NCBI GenBank assembly: GCA_043228905.1
Contig: JBHGNT010000005.1
Coordinates: forward strand, 6,262,001-6,326,000
Reading direction: 5' to 3'
Origin: Azolla caroliniana
Lineage: Eukaryota > Plantae > Polypodiophyta
Length of the DNA stretch: 64,000 bases
Shown here: positions 23,305 to 38,300 of the stretch, in pieces
Numbering within the stretch: position 1 is the first letter of the stretch
How the letters are laid out: the number at the start of each line of letters is the position of its first letter
The notes under the pieces: generated by a model
What the model was told of the DNA's origin: nothing
Seen by the model: only the letters and a program-made list of their open reading frames with translations
Databases searched by the model: none
Position numbers and translations under genes: made by a program

Positions 23305-26300
23305 TATTAACGTCTTTTAAGAGGCCAAAATGGCCTATAAGACCAAATAAGAGATTATATCTTAAGTGTTGTCTCGTCTTTGAGAACAAATCAAAATAAA
23401 ATAAATATTACACAGTAGAGAAACCATGATGACTTCTTGTATGTAGCTTCGAATGTGTCTGCGTGATGGAGAGGAGGAATAGAGAAAGTGCATGTGAGAG
23501 AATGGGATAAGGGAAGTTGTATCAATGACACTTCAAGGCAAATGTGGCCTCTGAAGAATGAGACCAAAACTGCACATACATAAAAGGGAGTTTAATTTGG
23601 AGGGGGGGGGTGAGAGAGAGAGAGAGACCTTGCAGCTGATCTGAACAACAGCCAATGCCTCTGAAGACCTGGTGAAATTAATTGTCGCTTGTCCTTCATT
23701 GATAATGCCTGATGAAGGCTCGAGTATCACCTGTTTCTCAGGCTCTACCTCCACCTCAAATTTACTTGCAACCTCCTAGATAAAGAAAAGAATTGTCTTA
23801 TTTTGGGCAGCAACGGAGAATGAAAACAAATTCTCACATATAATGAAAACCCTATTGGGGTACTGTGGAATAAGTTGAAACCCAGTGACGGCCAAATGAG
23901 GTACAACCTGCCAAAATTCATGATGGCAATTTCCTATGCAGGATTATTGAAGAAACAATATCCAGTTACATTTCATTCTTGAGAACTGTTGACTAGGCAA
24001 AAAGTGTCAGGCAGAAAAATATTTAAATGCTGGACGAGTTTTGATTATGTTGCCATTGATTGTTCTATTGATCTTTTTGCATTTCCAAGCTTTCACAGAA
24101 TTGTGGATAATTCCTTAAATTGAATTCATTTACAAACTAAAAATGTTTGGCACAATATCATGTCTCATGTATCACCAAATTTTAGAATGCCAAGTGAGAA
24201 TGGGGTTTAGGTCATTGCCATAAAACGTTTTCATTCACTACATGCAGATACATATGCTCAGTTGATTTCTTTAGGATTTCTTTAGGCCTCGATTGCCTCA
24301 TTGCATTCATGCGTTCCTACATTTGAACTCCCAATTTGGATGTATTGTGGATGTTCATCACATCAGACATAAAAATTCAAGAATGATAAGAAGAAAAGAC
24401 TAATTCATTTACTGGACGAATTTATTTACCTTCGAAAAATGATATCCGGATGGGACTGATAATTCTATCTTAAAAGTTCCAGTAGTAGCTTTAATTGCCT
24501 CCACCTTTATCATTTCTGCATCACTGGATGATCGGCGACGAAGGCGTCTGGGTTTTCCTGGTTTTACTTGGGGTGGTTCCACACCTTTCAATTCAAGTGT
24601 TGATAATGTTGCAACACTATCCTTTCTTGTATCTAGGACTCGAATAACACTATTATTTGTGTCTGCAATGTACAATCTGCCTGAGAAAGAAAACAAAATC
24701 CACCCATCATAATGACACTGTACTCAAGGAAAAGGAGAATTGAGAATTTCAAAATTCAGATCCAGCAACAAGGGATAGTTTATTTTCCTGAATTTAAGAG
24801 CTCTATGGAAATATAGATCAGAGGTCATGTAATAATTTAATAGTTAGCATACCAAGAACCTAATAATTAATAGTTATCTAAAGTTTTTTGCTGTATGTAA
24901 TCCATAAATCTTAGACATTCATTTGTAACCTAAAAACTACAATATTATTGAGTTCCTGGAACCCAAATTCAGAAGTTAAAACCTATGATTTAATAATTGT
25001 CGCATCTTTTAGAAGGTGACACGAAATGTGGTGAATTAAATTTGCACAATATTTTAGTGCTTCCCTTGTGAAAAATTACATTTGGGGCATCCAACGAGAA
25101 GGAATTTTGCAATAATCATTCAAAGAGAGAATCATTACCATTCAGACCCATCGTGAGTCCAGCTGGTTCAGAAAGCTGTCAATACAAACCAACATCAAAA
25201 TGAGGAGAGTAGATACTGCACTATATTAATAAGGATATTCCATTACGAAGATGCTAGAAAAATGTTAAGGAAAGAAGCTACAAAGACATAAAAAAGGATG
25301 AAATTTATGCTATATTCCTTCTGTAAATATTATGCTTATCTATATTTAGTATAAACAGAAAAATATATCTTTATGAGCAAATGATTCGATGATCAGAAAC
25401 CACTTTAGTGAGAAAAATAATAATCTACCTGACAAGAAATACTAGCTCCATCCTTGAATCCAGCCTTTCCAGTGCCTGCTATTGTTTTCACAACTAAGGT
25501 GTTTGGATCCATTACTTTAATTTTATGGTTGTATGAATCAGTTATATATACAATCCCATCTGCACCATAAAGTACACCCAATGGATGCTGAAATTGCGCG
25601 CTTGTTCCTATACCATCCTTGTCCCCAAACTATAAACCAAACAGTGCTTTATAGCAACGAGTATCATAAGTTTAAATATGCATCAAAACTTTGTGGCATG
25701 AAAAACCTGAAAAAGATTGTCAGCAAATAGTGGATCTCCCCCAGCAAGCAACCGTGACCCTCCTGTCAATAAATTAACTGCTCTTATAGAGCTACTTTCA
25801 CTGTCTGCAACATAGAGCTCCTTGGAATCTGATGGACAAGCAGGATTCTTATATGGTAAGAATGATTCAAAAGTATCATCAATATTTTTGGCATTAACTA
25901 GTAATCCTACCTGGTGAAAGAGACAGGCCAGAAGGTTGAGCATACGATGTCTCTTTGCCCCTGAAACAAAAAATCATATGATTCACTTGCTCTCACAGCA
26001 GTAATATTTCTCTGCATGAACCATTGCAAAACAAATAATAATGCATAAGGTACTTGGTACATCCGTCATAAGTATCTGCCTTATGTACCAACTGGCCCCT
26101 TGTGTTACCGTCGTCACCCTTGTTTTTTATCTTTATTTTAAAAAGTCTTATACAATACATGAAGCCCAACAGAATTGCCATGTAGCCTAATTCAGATGGA
26201 AATACAAGAATACATATGTAAAATGCCAAAGAGTCAAGGTGGCTGAGGTGCTTGCACCTTGATAGTTTTTCACCTTGAAGCTGATTAATAATTGTGTGCA

Positions 26301-29300
26301 ACCAGGTAGAAATTGTTTCCAAAGATAATACAACACAATGCGTAAGGACCTCCAAATTCTTGCATTCACATTTGTCCCTTACATACAGCTGAAAAGTGTC
26401 AAAGTGTGTAATTCACGTGACAAATGTAGTCTTGCCACACATAATGATGATACATAGTTCTGCTACACACACGTTGATATTCTTCAATGTTCCATCTATT
26501 ATACACGTGTGGATTTGCATCGTATACTAGTGTCCTGTGTATCTTGCACAAGTGCAACTCTATTCACACCTCGGGTCCAAAATGAAGCATTCTCAAAACG
26601 GTCAAAACATGCAAGCCACTCCATGTGTTCTCTAGATTTGCCACCATTATTATTGTTTCATTATAGGTCACCTATCATAGAATTGGACTACACAGAGATA
26701 AAGCAATTTTATTATACCTTTTACCATTTAAATTGCGTTCATATCCATCACCACTAAGCACTTTGGTACTACTATCTGAAACTGTGTGCTGCCAAATTTG
26801 ATGCTGACCTGCCATAGCTATATACACAATTCCTGACAGAGAATCATAGCAAACGTCCCATGGCGAATTGAGAACCTTCACAAAAAAAATCAAAATTTAT
26901 ATTGCATATATAAAAGAAAACAACTGTGGGAAAGTGATCTGTGTTATTATAAGAAACATATACAATAAACTACAGAAAATATGGCCATGTGTCATGGGTT
27001 GCTAGAGAATGCCATTGGCCTGCTGTGGATCCCTCAACTAAACAGGTGTCTCTTTTCCAGTATACCACTTGGACAGACAGATTTTTTTATTATGTACAGA
27101 TGCAAAGAATATGAATGCCATCTAACTTCAGTAATACGAACAGTAATACAATTTTGCTTTATCATCTAGCCTGACAATGATAGCTATGAGATTTCCATCT
27201 GCCATCTAAACACCCCCTCCAAATTCATAACGTGAGAAGAGACTATAATTCAACTTGTAAAGAATTAAATCTTTAACGAGGCATGAATAAATAAAATGAC
27301 AACAAGTTCTGCAAGATAATCGTAAAAAAGCATCGAGGTTTACTGGGGTAACATTTTATTTTATTTTACATTTCTGTGAGTGACTCCAACTACTCTGAGT
27401 ATAGATCAGAAAGGACAATAAGCCTAGAGAATAAACCAAAGTCATTTTAAAAACAATCAATAAGACAGTAAATATATCTCTACGATGAGACATTGTCTGA
27501 AACAATGTCACACCTTCATTTCCTGGTGACCATTTTCAGCCAATGTCACACCATATAGATATATGTACTCTCTTATTGATTATTTTAAAAATGACTTTGG
27601 TTTATTCTCTAGGCTCACTTACTATCCACATACCCTAAGATTTCTGCAAGTGAACTATATAACAAAACAAACGCACAATATAAGAGCATTCCTATGATTT
27701 GAGTTCCACCATTTTAACCCAAACGAAAAAATCTTCTTACTCCAGGAGATAGACCAACCTGTGATGTTCCCTTTTTACCACCTTTGTAATCCGACCCTTT
27801 AAGTCCATTCCCAGCAAGTGTACGGACAGTTTCATTCACAAAGTTGATCTCCCTGTATACCAAAACATTTATGTTAGCAACCATCAAGTAGAAAGAAAGA
27901 AATATATATTAACTCTGAAATATCATAATGGCATGTAAGACTTGATAGATATTGCAACAATTTATTAGGTCTTAAATGGAAGTAAAGAACAATGCCATTC
28001 TACTCTTACTTTCCCATTCTTAAGCATGGATTATTGTATGTTTAAATAACCGACCATCAGGTTTGGTTCTGGATTATTGGAGTTGAAATTGCTGGCCTCT
28101 GAAAATATCCATCATGGGTTTCTCCAATATGAGAAGGCTGGGAGGACAAGGACGGAATTCCAATGGCATATGATGATAGCTTTGATGTTATGAACAGATG
28201 CACATTGGGTTGGTTCCATCTGGCATATATGACTTCTATGACAAAGTGCCTGTAATTCTCATTCTTTCTTAGCATTGTAGCTCCAATTTGGCTGGAATGT
28301 TTTCATATACATAATGAGAAGTGAGTGTCCCTACAAAGAAAAGCGGCACACATCCTGGATCACTGTAATTACTCTCAGAGAGGTCGAAATCCTTTTCTAC
28401 AGTGACAATAATAGACTGTGCAATAACATACATAATCTTCCTCAGATTAACTCCTGATTGTAAAGTTTGCAGATGCAGTCATCTGAAGCTGAGCATATCA
28501 TCAAATCTCTATTCTCCGTTGATGAGAAGTTGTCCAGCTTTGCTCTATCACTATGGGAAGAGTATGTGGCACATATCTCCATATACTTGTCCTGAGTATA
28601 TTAGAAAACGACTAATAATAGACAATATTTGTGCCTAGTTGAACTTTTGGGATGAACCCAAGTTCAGTTTCTAAAATAATCATATCTATCCTTAACACGT
28701 TATTTCTCTTTAACTTGGTCAAATTAAAAAATGGATAAGCAAGGCTATACATAAATGGTAGGACGGCATCCATATCCATTGGAACCAAATTTTCATTTGT
28801 GAATACCAATATATTTGATGGCATACAATTATGTGAAAATGCTTTATTCTCATAGTTCGGTGTGGCTTTACATAGACATACGATGTAATCTCTCGTGCAG
28901 TCTCATAGGTCAAATTTAACCTCTTATCAGAAATTAATATATCTCACTGCTACTTGCATAGATGATGCAAGAACCAACTGGAGTTCAACGGGGAGCAGAA
29001 GTTGGGATAGAGCAGACAAATAGCAAACCCTGATTGTGAGTCACCGTGCAACACAAGACTAGAATACCTATGTGGTTGGGTCTGCTTGCGAAATTCACAG
29101 GAGATCTGGAAAAAAGTCATTTGTAAGCTGGGATGCATACTCTTAACTACCTGACGGATATGGGAAGATTTGGCATCAAATTTGGCCAAGGGACAAAACC
29201 ATCTGGATTTGCAATTCCAACTAGGTTCATTCACTCATACTCATCCTCAGATCCCCCACACGTTATCCTCAATATTATCCTCTCTCAAGCTCATTTCAAT

Positions 29301-32300
29301 CATCCACATTCTCACCTTCAAATCTGCTCTCATATATCTACCCACACAACCTCTCATCCCTGACATTTTTATCTACTTCTGGAGCCTAAATTTAACTGGA
29401 TCTGCGAGCCCCATTAGGATCAACGTTCCATCTGCTTCCACAACCCACATTGAGCTGATGCTCCATCCACTTCCAAGAGTCCATTCCAGGTCGAAGTTCT
29501 ACCTATTCCATGAGCCCTCACTAGGCTGATGTTCTGTGTGTTTTCAAAGGATCTCTCTGAGTAAATACTCTAATCCATCTTTACTTATGCAAAGAGACAG
29601 CAGTGTAAATTGACATCCCATTGGCACAATTGGCAGATTCGTTCCTCCATAGCTTTGCATGTGTATCTGCCTGTCTCAATCTTTGCATGCTTATCTTGAT
29701 CTCTTGTTTGGTCTTATAGGCCATTTTGGCCTCTTAAAAGACGTTAATATATCTTTCTTTCTTTCTATCACATTATGGAGGTTATGAGAAAGATCTCTAG
29801 CATAGGTCAATCCAGAATGGAGAGTTCTCTGAAGCGAGGGAAGCACCTATTGTGGCAGGAGATAATGGCCTTATCTGTCGATGACAAGTTTGGTGAGATT
29901 GTTGTCCATGGGGCTGGGGCCTACTTGCATGACAAATTGTTATTGCCCAATCTATTATAACCCCTTTGTTAGGTCCTGGTCGGGAGCCCATTTGTGTAGC
30001 CCTTGATTGACATATAGCATGAGTAGGAGTGATGGGGCTAACGAAAGTCGTGATTGTTCTTTGTTGATGAGCTTGTGTGGTTGTATTGTTGTCCAACAAC
30101 TTTTCCGTGTCTTTTGAGTTCTCGCAAGAAAAGTCCCAAGCATCGTTGGTCTTTGTATTCCATCACTTTGCATAGTGGGTCAAAGCCTTGCTTAAACACT
30201 ATAGTGACAAACATAGTGTTTTCAGCTTCCACTCCCTGTTGACACAATTGGCAGATTCTTTCTTCTAGACGTATTCATGCATATCTGTCTACCTCAATCT
30301 CTAACTGGTGTGATGAAGCTTGCAACTCCCCTATCACACTGTGCAGCGCGTAGGATAGATGTATGTCCATATAAGATGATTCCATCATCTGACGTGTGTA
30401 AAAAGTATCTTATAGTGGGCCATCTTCCTACCAAGTGATATTTTAGGGTTGATCCATGTTATCTTGTCTTCCAAGTTAATAATATGAGAGAGATGTATAT
30501 CCATATAAGAGAAAAGGAGAAAATAATTAGTGGTATTAAGCAAACCTTAGTGCATGGTTCTCCGTATCTGCCACATATAGAACATTCTTCAGTGGATTAT
30601 ATGCTAAGCCCTGCAAAGAAAGAAAGTAATGTGCTATAAGAACAAAAGAGCAACCACAGCTGAAGAAGTTATCTCATCTTGGAGGGCAAACCACAATAAA
30701 TATAAGAGATTAGTAATTCTGCACAAGTTGTTAATAAGTAGTAATGCAGCATGTGTACATGTGCAACAATAAAGTGTCTTTGTGGTATTTTAAGACTAAT
30801 ATCATGATGATTCAAAAAATAAGGTGGAAACAACTCCAATCACTAAATTTAAGTATATATATATTCAAACATTAAGATTCAATAGAGTAGAGTAACAACA
30901 AATCCTACTAGAATATCCTGAAGTCCTAGAATGCTTCTAACTTCCATTATAGGTGTTTATAGTTATATTCATTATGAAATGAATGACCAGACATAATTTA
31001 CATCGTCATTATCATGATCTCTTCAGCGTCAGTAGTAAATACAAAATCACCCAGATGAAATCCTTGATGAACATGAATGGTGCGCAATCTATACTTGTAT
31101 CTTATGAATGGTATAACCTACCCAAAGTGCTGTGACATACCCTTCAATCGATGTCCTCAATCTCCCTTAGAACTTGGAATACAATCCATCTTCATAATTA
31201 TCTATAGACTAGGTTGGACTGGCTAATCTTTACTTGTCCACCAAATGAAATCCTTGATGAGCATGCATGGTGAGCAATCTATACTTGTATCATATGAATG
31301 GTGTATCCTACCCAAAGTGCTCTGACATACCCTTCAATCGATGTCCTCAATCTCCCTTAGAACTTAGAGTACAATTCATCTTCATAATTATCTATTGGCT
31401 TCTTTACATTCCTAAAAGTTTTTTAATTTAACTTGAACTCGTCTATATTAGCATGTCTTACCTCATCAATGCTTTCATTAAGCACATGTTTGACAACAAT
31501 ATACTATTTGCTCCAACTGCTTCGTGCTCAATCTATTGTTTTTTTTAATAAGAGTAATGTGCTCCAGTTTCTCTCACATGCTCCTGATGGGCAAATTTGA
31601 GCTCGAGGTGAAAATCCCAGTCTTCGAAGATAATGATAGTCATCCAAACTATTCTAACAGAGGGAGTTTGCAATAAACTACCTCCTCCAAGTGAACGATG
31701 ATGAAGAGGCTGCTTAACCTCCTTTGTTATTGTAATTATTCCGTTCTTTATAAAATTCTCAAGGAGACTCCTCAAAGGAATGCATCAAGGTCTTTCAAAA
31801 ACTCAGTTCATGTGCCAAGGCGGATCTCTGTATGATGGATGAAGTAAAGCTACAAGCCCCAAGAATGGGCTTCTTCATCCAATTATACTTCTCTAAAAGA
31901 TCTAAAATGTCTCTTTTCACATCTAAAATGTCTTTTGTATTCTTTTAGGTTTATTCATTCCAACTATAACATAATTTTTTCGGATCCTGTAGCCATACTC
32001 TTACAACAGCAATTACCAATTCAAGTGAAAATCGAGTTCCCTTACTTGAGGTCTATTAAAACAAGCTTCTTCAAATGTTCCATCTTGCAAACCTTCACCA
32101 CCATTGCCCCCAATTTGCTGGATAAATTTCCCATCAAGGTCAGTGACTACCTGGAAATTCAGAAAACATGAACTGAGCATGAAATTAAACAAAGAATAAT
32201 GGCAGCATTATCTGTTTGATCCTGAACATACAATTCTATGATGGTTGCTATCTGAAATGAAAAGACGATTATTGGCAAGGTCTGTGCAAAGTTTCCCAGG

Positions 32301-35300
32301 AAACTTTAGAGGTGATGAAAGCAGCCGTGTATCTTTGTCTTTTTCCAATAACTCAGGAATGGGGTGGTAATCTAAAAGTTTCTTGTCTCCATAATATTGA
32401 AAAGCTGCATTCACAAAATCATCCAGGTCCTGAAATTAACGAAGAAAACCCTTGTCCTTATTAATGATCTTATGCTCATTCATTAATTTATCTATATAAC
32501 ACAAATACGATTGTAACCAACCTTACGATGACCCTCCCCCGAAAGAGTTGCCAAAATCTTGCCACCAGGACTGACCACCACCAAAGTGGGCCATGAATTG
32601 ATACCAAGCTGTCGCCACATCACCATGTCACTATCATTCACAACCTGTTATAGTCTAAGTTAGACTTCTAAATGGGGAATAATGGCTATATCATAAAAAC
32701 GTTTATCCTGCAAACAGATGCAAGACCCTGTAGCAACATCATGCAATGCAGATGTTCCGTATGTCACATGCCAAGTACTTGCAATGACAACTTTGATATC
32801 AGTTAACCATTCTTGCAAACATACATGATAACCATTTTGCATTTCCAGGTCCTCCATCCTGGTAAATTGTGAACGTTAATTAAAAAGCATGTCCTTAGCT
32901 AGTCGGGTATCATGGTACAATTCTGATCATAGGACAATGGATTTCTCCTATGATGCCACAAACAAACTCAAATTTGCTTCCACAAGATAAAGAAACAGGA
33001 TATTCTGATAGTTTCTAACAGAATTCAGAATGGATTCAGGTCTAGAGGCTTCAGTTCTAGAAAGGTTACCTTTCCTCCCCAGACCTAAAACACAATAAAG
33101 CATTCCCCAAGGACTTGCTTGGAAAGAGGTGCAGTACTCTGTCCCATAAAACTGTGACAACCTAGAGGATGTTGTCCACAGCCTCAACATCTCAAAAATC
33201 AAAAGCCATTAATTCCCATTATAGGAGTCATAAGTCACACTAGTATACCCTTTTGATCTAGAATTCAATGAAGCACACAACACAATTTTATCTTTTAATT
33301 TATTATGAACTCCCTACATATTTGTGATGAGATACAACTATGGCAGTTTAATACATTTCTGATGTTTTTGTATCACGCATCATTTGACATTTTGGAGTTC
33401 TTGCAGGGTAGTTTTCTAATACCCAGTGGTTTTTCATCTTACGTATTTCAAACTATCAGGATTGTCAAACATCAAAAACAATTATCCATAAAAGGTAACA
33501 AATAAAACATTGCCGTAAACATTTTCCATGGCACAAGCTTTATTTCTTCTACGGGGCAAGGAATAACTATTATCCTTGGTGCTGCCATCAACATCAAACA
33601 TGGAACACGGTAGAAATACTCATATGGGAAATTATTTTCATGTAAATAGCCTTTTGACTTTCAATGTCTAAAAGTTTATCGCAAACTCTACTGTCATTAA
33701 TATAGAACAGTAGTTCATGAACAATATACATAGAATATATTTTTTCATTTCTGCAATTATTAAAGCAGATGTTTAAGTTTCATGATAACAATCAAACGAG
33801 ATGTGAAGTTTCCCATGACAGAATTAATCACATCTCTATTCACTATTAAAGTCATATACTAATAATCAGGCGTTCTAAAATCTATATTTTTCTTGAAGAT
33901 AAAGAATAACTATTCACATTCAATGTCATATTCAACACCAATAAAGGAATGCATTACAAATTATCATACGAGTATTTAATACTTTTTCCATTGGAATAGC
34001 CCAATGACTTTAGCAATTGTTTCCATGCCTAACGGATGAAGTGTTTAAACCCTGGTAGAGTCAAAAGGCAGGTGCCAAATACCGAAACTCTTGGATTGCA
34101 AGACACTAGAAAACAATTTGGTAAGAAGACCAGAGCAGCATTTAAACATTCATTGCACTTAATATACTGCATATATATCATTCTCTTAATGGCAAGTAAT
34201 ACCTATTAATGCTGGTTGATATCATTATTAAACATCCATTAATGCACCAAAATAGGAATATTTACTGAGTGATATTTATTTTATTTTGATTTGTTGTTCT
34301 CAAAGACGAGACAACACTTAAAAATGTAATCTCTTGTTTGTGTGTGTACACTCCTACCTTGTATATTTTTTAAGTGGTAGGCTTTTGTTTTGCAGAATTG
34401 CTTCTACTTCTTTAATCCCTCCTATGTGTTAAACCCTATAATTGTTTCTAGTTTCTATATCTCTGCCTTCAGGTATTTCAGAAAACTGACATTCTATCTT
34501 CTACTAACAGTTCTGCTTTAAAACAGTCATTTGGGTTATTATAGTAGATAACTAACACAAGTAGTGTCCGTGGCTGTGATTTCTCCTAAGGATATGAAGG
34601 TGCCCAGAAGTTATTCTAAAGCTCTAACTCTCGATGTCAAGAAGGATATATTGTCGGCCGTATTGAAGAGATCCCATGGAGCTGTTCTTGTCGGCCGTAT
34701 TGAAGACATCTACAGTGAAGTCAAAAGAAACTTTGACTGAAAACGATTAAGAAATTTCATGGAACATGATGGAGCTAAGTTGTATATTTTGATAAGATAA
34801 TACATGTCATTCTCGAGAGACTTTCTTTCATTTTTGGCTAAACGACCTTTCCTATACAGTCATCACTCAAATGCACTTCCACATAACAAGACACCTGATT
34901 CATTTTGACAATGCTTTTGTTAAAAGAGAAGGAAGGGTCACATCGTCTCCTTTATAAGATAACTATACATAGGCTAGTGGAAGAACAAAATAGAAACAGA
35001 CAAATATAAGCATACCGGATGTTTCACATTGTATCTCAAGACTGCACTACGAATGGCACTCAAATCCTTCTCATTGTCAAATTTTGCAGAGTGCACTCCA
35101 ATAATAGAAAGCTGCATTAGATTTCAAAGATATTAGTTAATTTCGACTAAATTCACAGCATTAATTTACTAGTATATAGAAAAAAATTGGCGATTTTGAT
35201 ATAGACTCATGTGCCTTGTTATGAATGTATTGAACCTATTTTCAATCATTTTGGAATTTTGGAATTTGTGGCAAATTCTCTTTGTTAATGTATTAAACTT

Positions 35301-38300
35301 TAAGTTTGGTCTCAAAACCCTTAAAACCTATTTAATTAAGTAATAGTTCTACGCAGACCAACGGCAGTCAACCTTAAATTTTCACCTGCCAGAAGACTTA
35401 CCGGTTCATCCCTGTACTTCTTTTCCAGGTATTCTAAATCCGGTAATATATGCATGCAATTGATACAGCAATATGTCCAAAAGTCTAATACGACCACTTT
35501 TCCTACCAAATCCTGAATGAAGTGAACATCCACACAGATAATATATCTGCCAAATAATGAAACACTAATCCACTATTAGAAACTAAAGTTATCTTGCCAA
35601 TACAAAATACCTTCTGAATTTTGAGGGGAGTTGTATTAAGCCATTCTAATTGTGGCTGAAATTCGGGCACCTTTTGTCCACCACTACAGAAATAATATGA
35701 CCAGTTATGATATGTTGCAATCCACAGGATAAAATGCTCCAGAAAACAGAAAAAGAAATTGAATTCACCAAGAAATTTATCAATTCTATTAATTACCGGG
35801 ACTCTAAATCAGTTATGTACTTCACAAATGTTGCAACACGATCAGCGCCATCAGCACCTGACAATAAAATTTTATTACTCTTTCCAATAAATGCATACCA
35901 ACTCTTGACAAAAGTAGATTTTCTTAATTGGAACATTTTGAAAATCAGAATTAACTTTCCAAAAACCAAAGTCACTATTGAATTACAAGAGTGCCTACAA
36001 GCCCCATCACCCTCTTCAGTAGAATACTATTGTTCTTTAAGAGAACATCTCTTGCTTAGGTATCTTCATTTTTGTGATTGTCACTCACATTGACTAGTTA
36101 GCATAAAAAGTTATGATCTTTGACAGGTTCCACAGGCCAATATTGTCTTTTAGAGACATTAATGTACCTTTCTTTCTTTTACTCATTAGGATAGTGCATG
36201 TCCACAATACTAGCGTTGCTCTTCTGAGGGAAGTACAATGCACAGTGTATGTATCAGCCATTGCCAGGAAACTCAGTTACAACGTTAAGAGACACCACAT
36301 AAACTAAACCACAGTGATGAAATCATGTTGTCTACCATGCCTGTGGAATACCAAGAAAATGTCAGCATAAAGATAGATCTGAGCAAATGAATGCCTGGCT
36401 TGGACTGCAACCAAAGGACTGCTCCTGAAGACAGGTAGCCCCTCTGCAGCCCAGCATGGGATAGTAAACAACTCATCACATGCCAGTGTGCAACCATGGA
36501 AGCAAGGAGACAAGCAATTGTAAGCATGAAAGGAAAGTGATAAGTGTAGGCTTCTACTCAAAATAAATCATTTGGTGACTGACATTGAGAGACCAAATGT
36601 AAGACCAAAATGACAGAAAAAAATGTAAACCCAGTATGTAAACAATGCCATAGTTGCATGGGCATGGTACCCCATCAGCGAATCATGTCACTCAATCCAC
36701 ACAATGTCAGCAAAGAAAGAGAATTTACAGTCACCTAAAAACTTTAAGCAGCATATCGCATTTGTACTTTACAAGAACATTGACGCACATCAGATGATAA
36801 CATCCAGTCCTAAATCCCGCACCAAATGACAAAGTGGTCTACCCTCACAAATCCAGTCACCATTGTAAGACTGCTGATCAGTAACTTGCAGATCCACTGC
36901 TTACTGCATCCCCAAAGAACCAACAACCCAAATACGAATCCATGGGAGAACCTTGCATCCACCTGATGCAATCTAGTACTTCGGGATGTTTGCAATATGG
37001 TAATCCACTTTTATTTTCAGCAAAATTGTGAAGCCACAGTTATCCGAAAAACAGGTATTCACATCATTGATGGATCAGATTCTTATCAATTTAGACGTCT
37101 GAGTTAGAGCATATTTTGCTATACCTAATTCCCCATAAAGTGGAGGTCTACGCAGGTTGTTCTACAACATATTTTTAGTTGGAATTTGTAGATTATCCAG
37201 GATGACCCCGATGCCTAGTGCAAGTCCGATGTGCCACAAACTAAGATTACATAAGATGTGTTATCCTGTCTTTATTCAAGGTTTCGTTGTAAGCTGGTTA
37301 GGATATTACCTTGCAACTATACATGCAAGTTGGTTTTTGTATCTGCGATCTAACCCTATATATGCAACATAACCCTATAAATAATCCTCCAAAGTAATAA
37401 CACTTTCCATAACATTCCCCATACCTTCTAAGATCCTTGATTCCCCACAAATGCTCCAATCGGAGTAAGTTTTTCATAGTTGTGATCTAACCCTATATCC
37501 ACATCACAACCCTACGAATAATCTCCAAAGCAATTACTCTTCCCATGCATTCCTGAATCCTCCAGAGATCTTTGGTTCCCCAGCGATCCAATTGGAATTT
37601 CTGGTGTTGTAGTTTAGTTCCATTAGATAGTTGAAGAATGTACCCAGTCAGGGTTAATGATGAAATTCAACTATGCGCTATAATGTGTGCAGAAGCCACT
37701 CAATATCTTTCCACAAGGTATAACACCATAATCGGAGTTCTAATCAATCAAAACTACTCGAATTATAAATGATTCGACAATTATTTTTATATTATTTATT
37801 CTGCAATCAGTTATTCAAACAACTTCTACAAGTTTATGTCTTTCATAATTAATAGGCTAATGAAAAGAGTTTTATTTCAGCATAATATGAGATGCATCAA
37901 AATAAAATGACACCACAAGCCATATACCAGTACCACTTGCTATAGATGGCTGGAAGAGACCAAGGACTGCATTCATAAGAGCTTTTGGGGATGCATACGA
38001 CATAGCCTGTAAGAGTATCAATTTTCCAATGACTGTCCACTCAAATGAACACTTAATATATGTAGTGCGGATTTGGATATGTACATATCAACTACCCTTA
38101 AACTACAATATTGAAGACAGATAATGTATTCCATGTATCAAGATTCAGCTAGCATTATTAAGAAACTTATGAGATTCAAGATCACGGTAATAAAACATTT
38201 TCTTTCCTTGTAAAATCAGTCAAGGTAGGGGGATATACCTTCCAATGGGTAACTGCCACATAAGAAGTTGATAATGCAACTGCTAGGCTTCCATACTTCA

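Noticed and set aside
28950-29529. Overlapping 76-119 aa ORFs in a SOQ1 intron
   Set aside because: No recognisable motifs; probably decayed repeat sequence.
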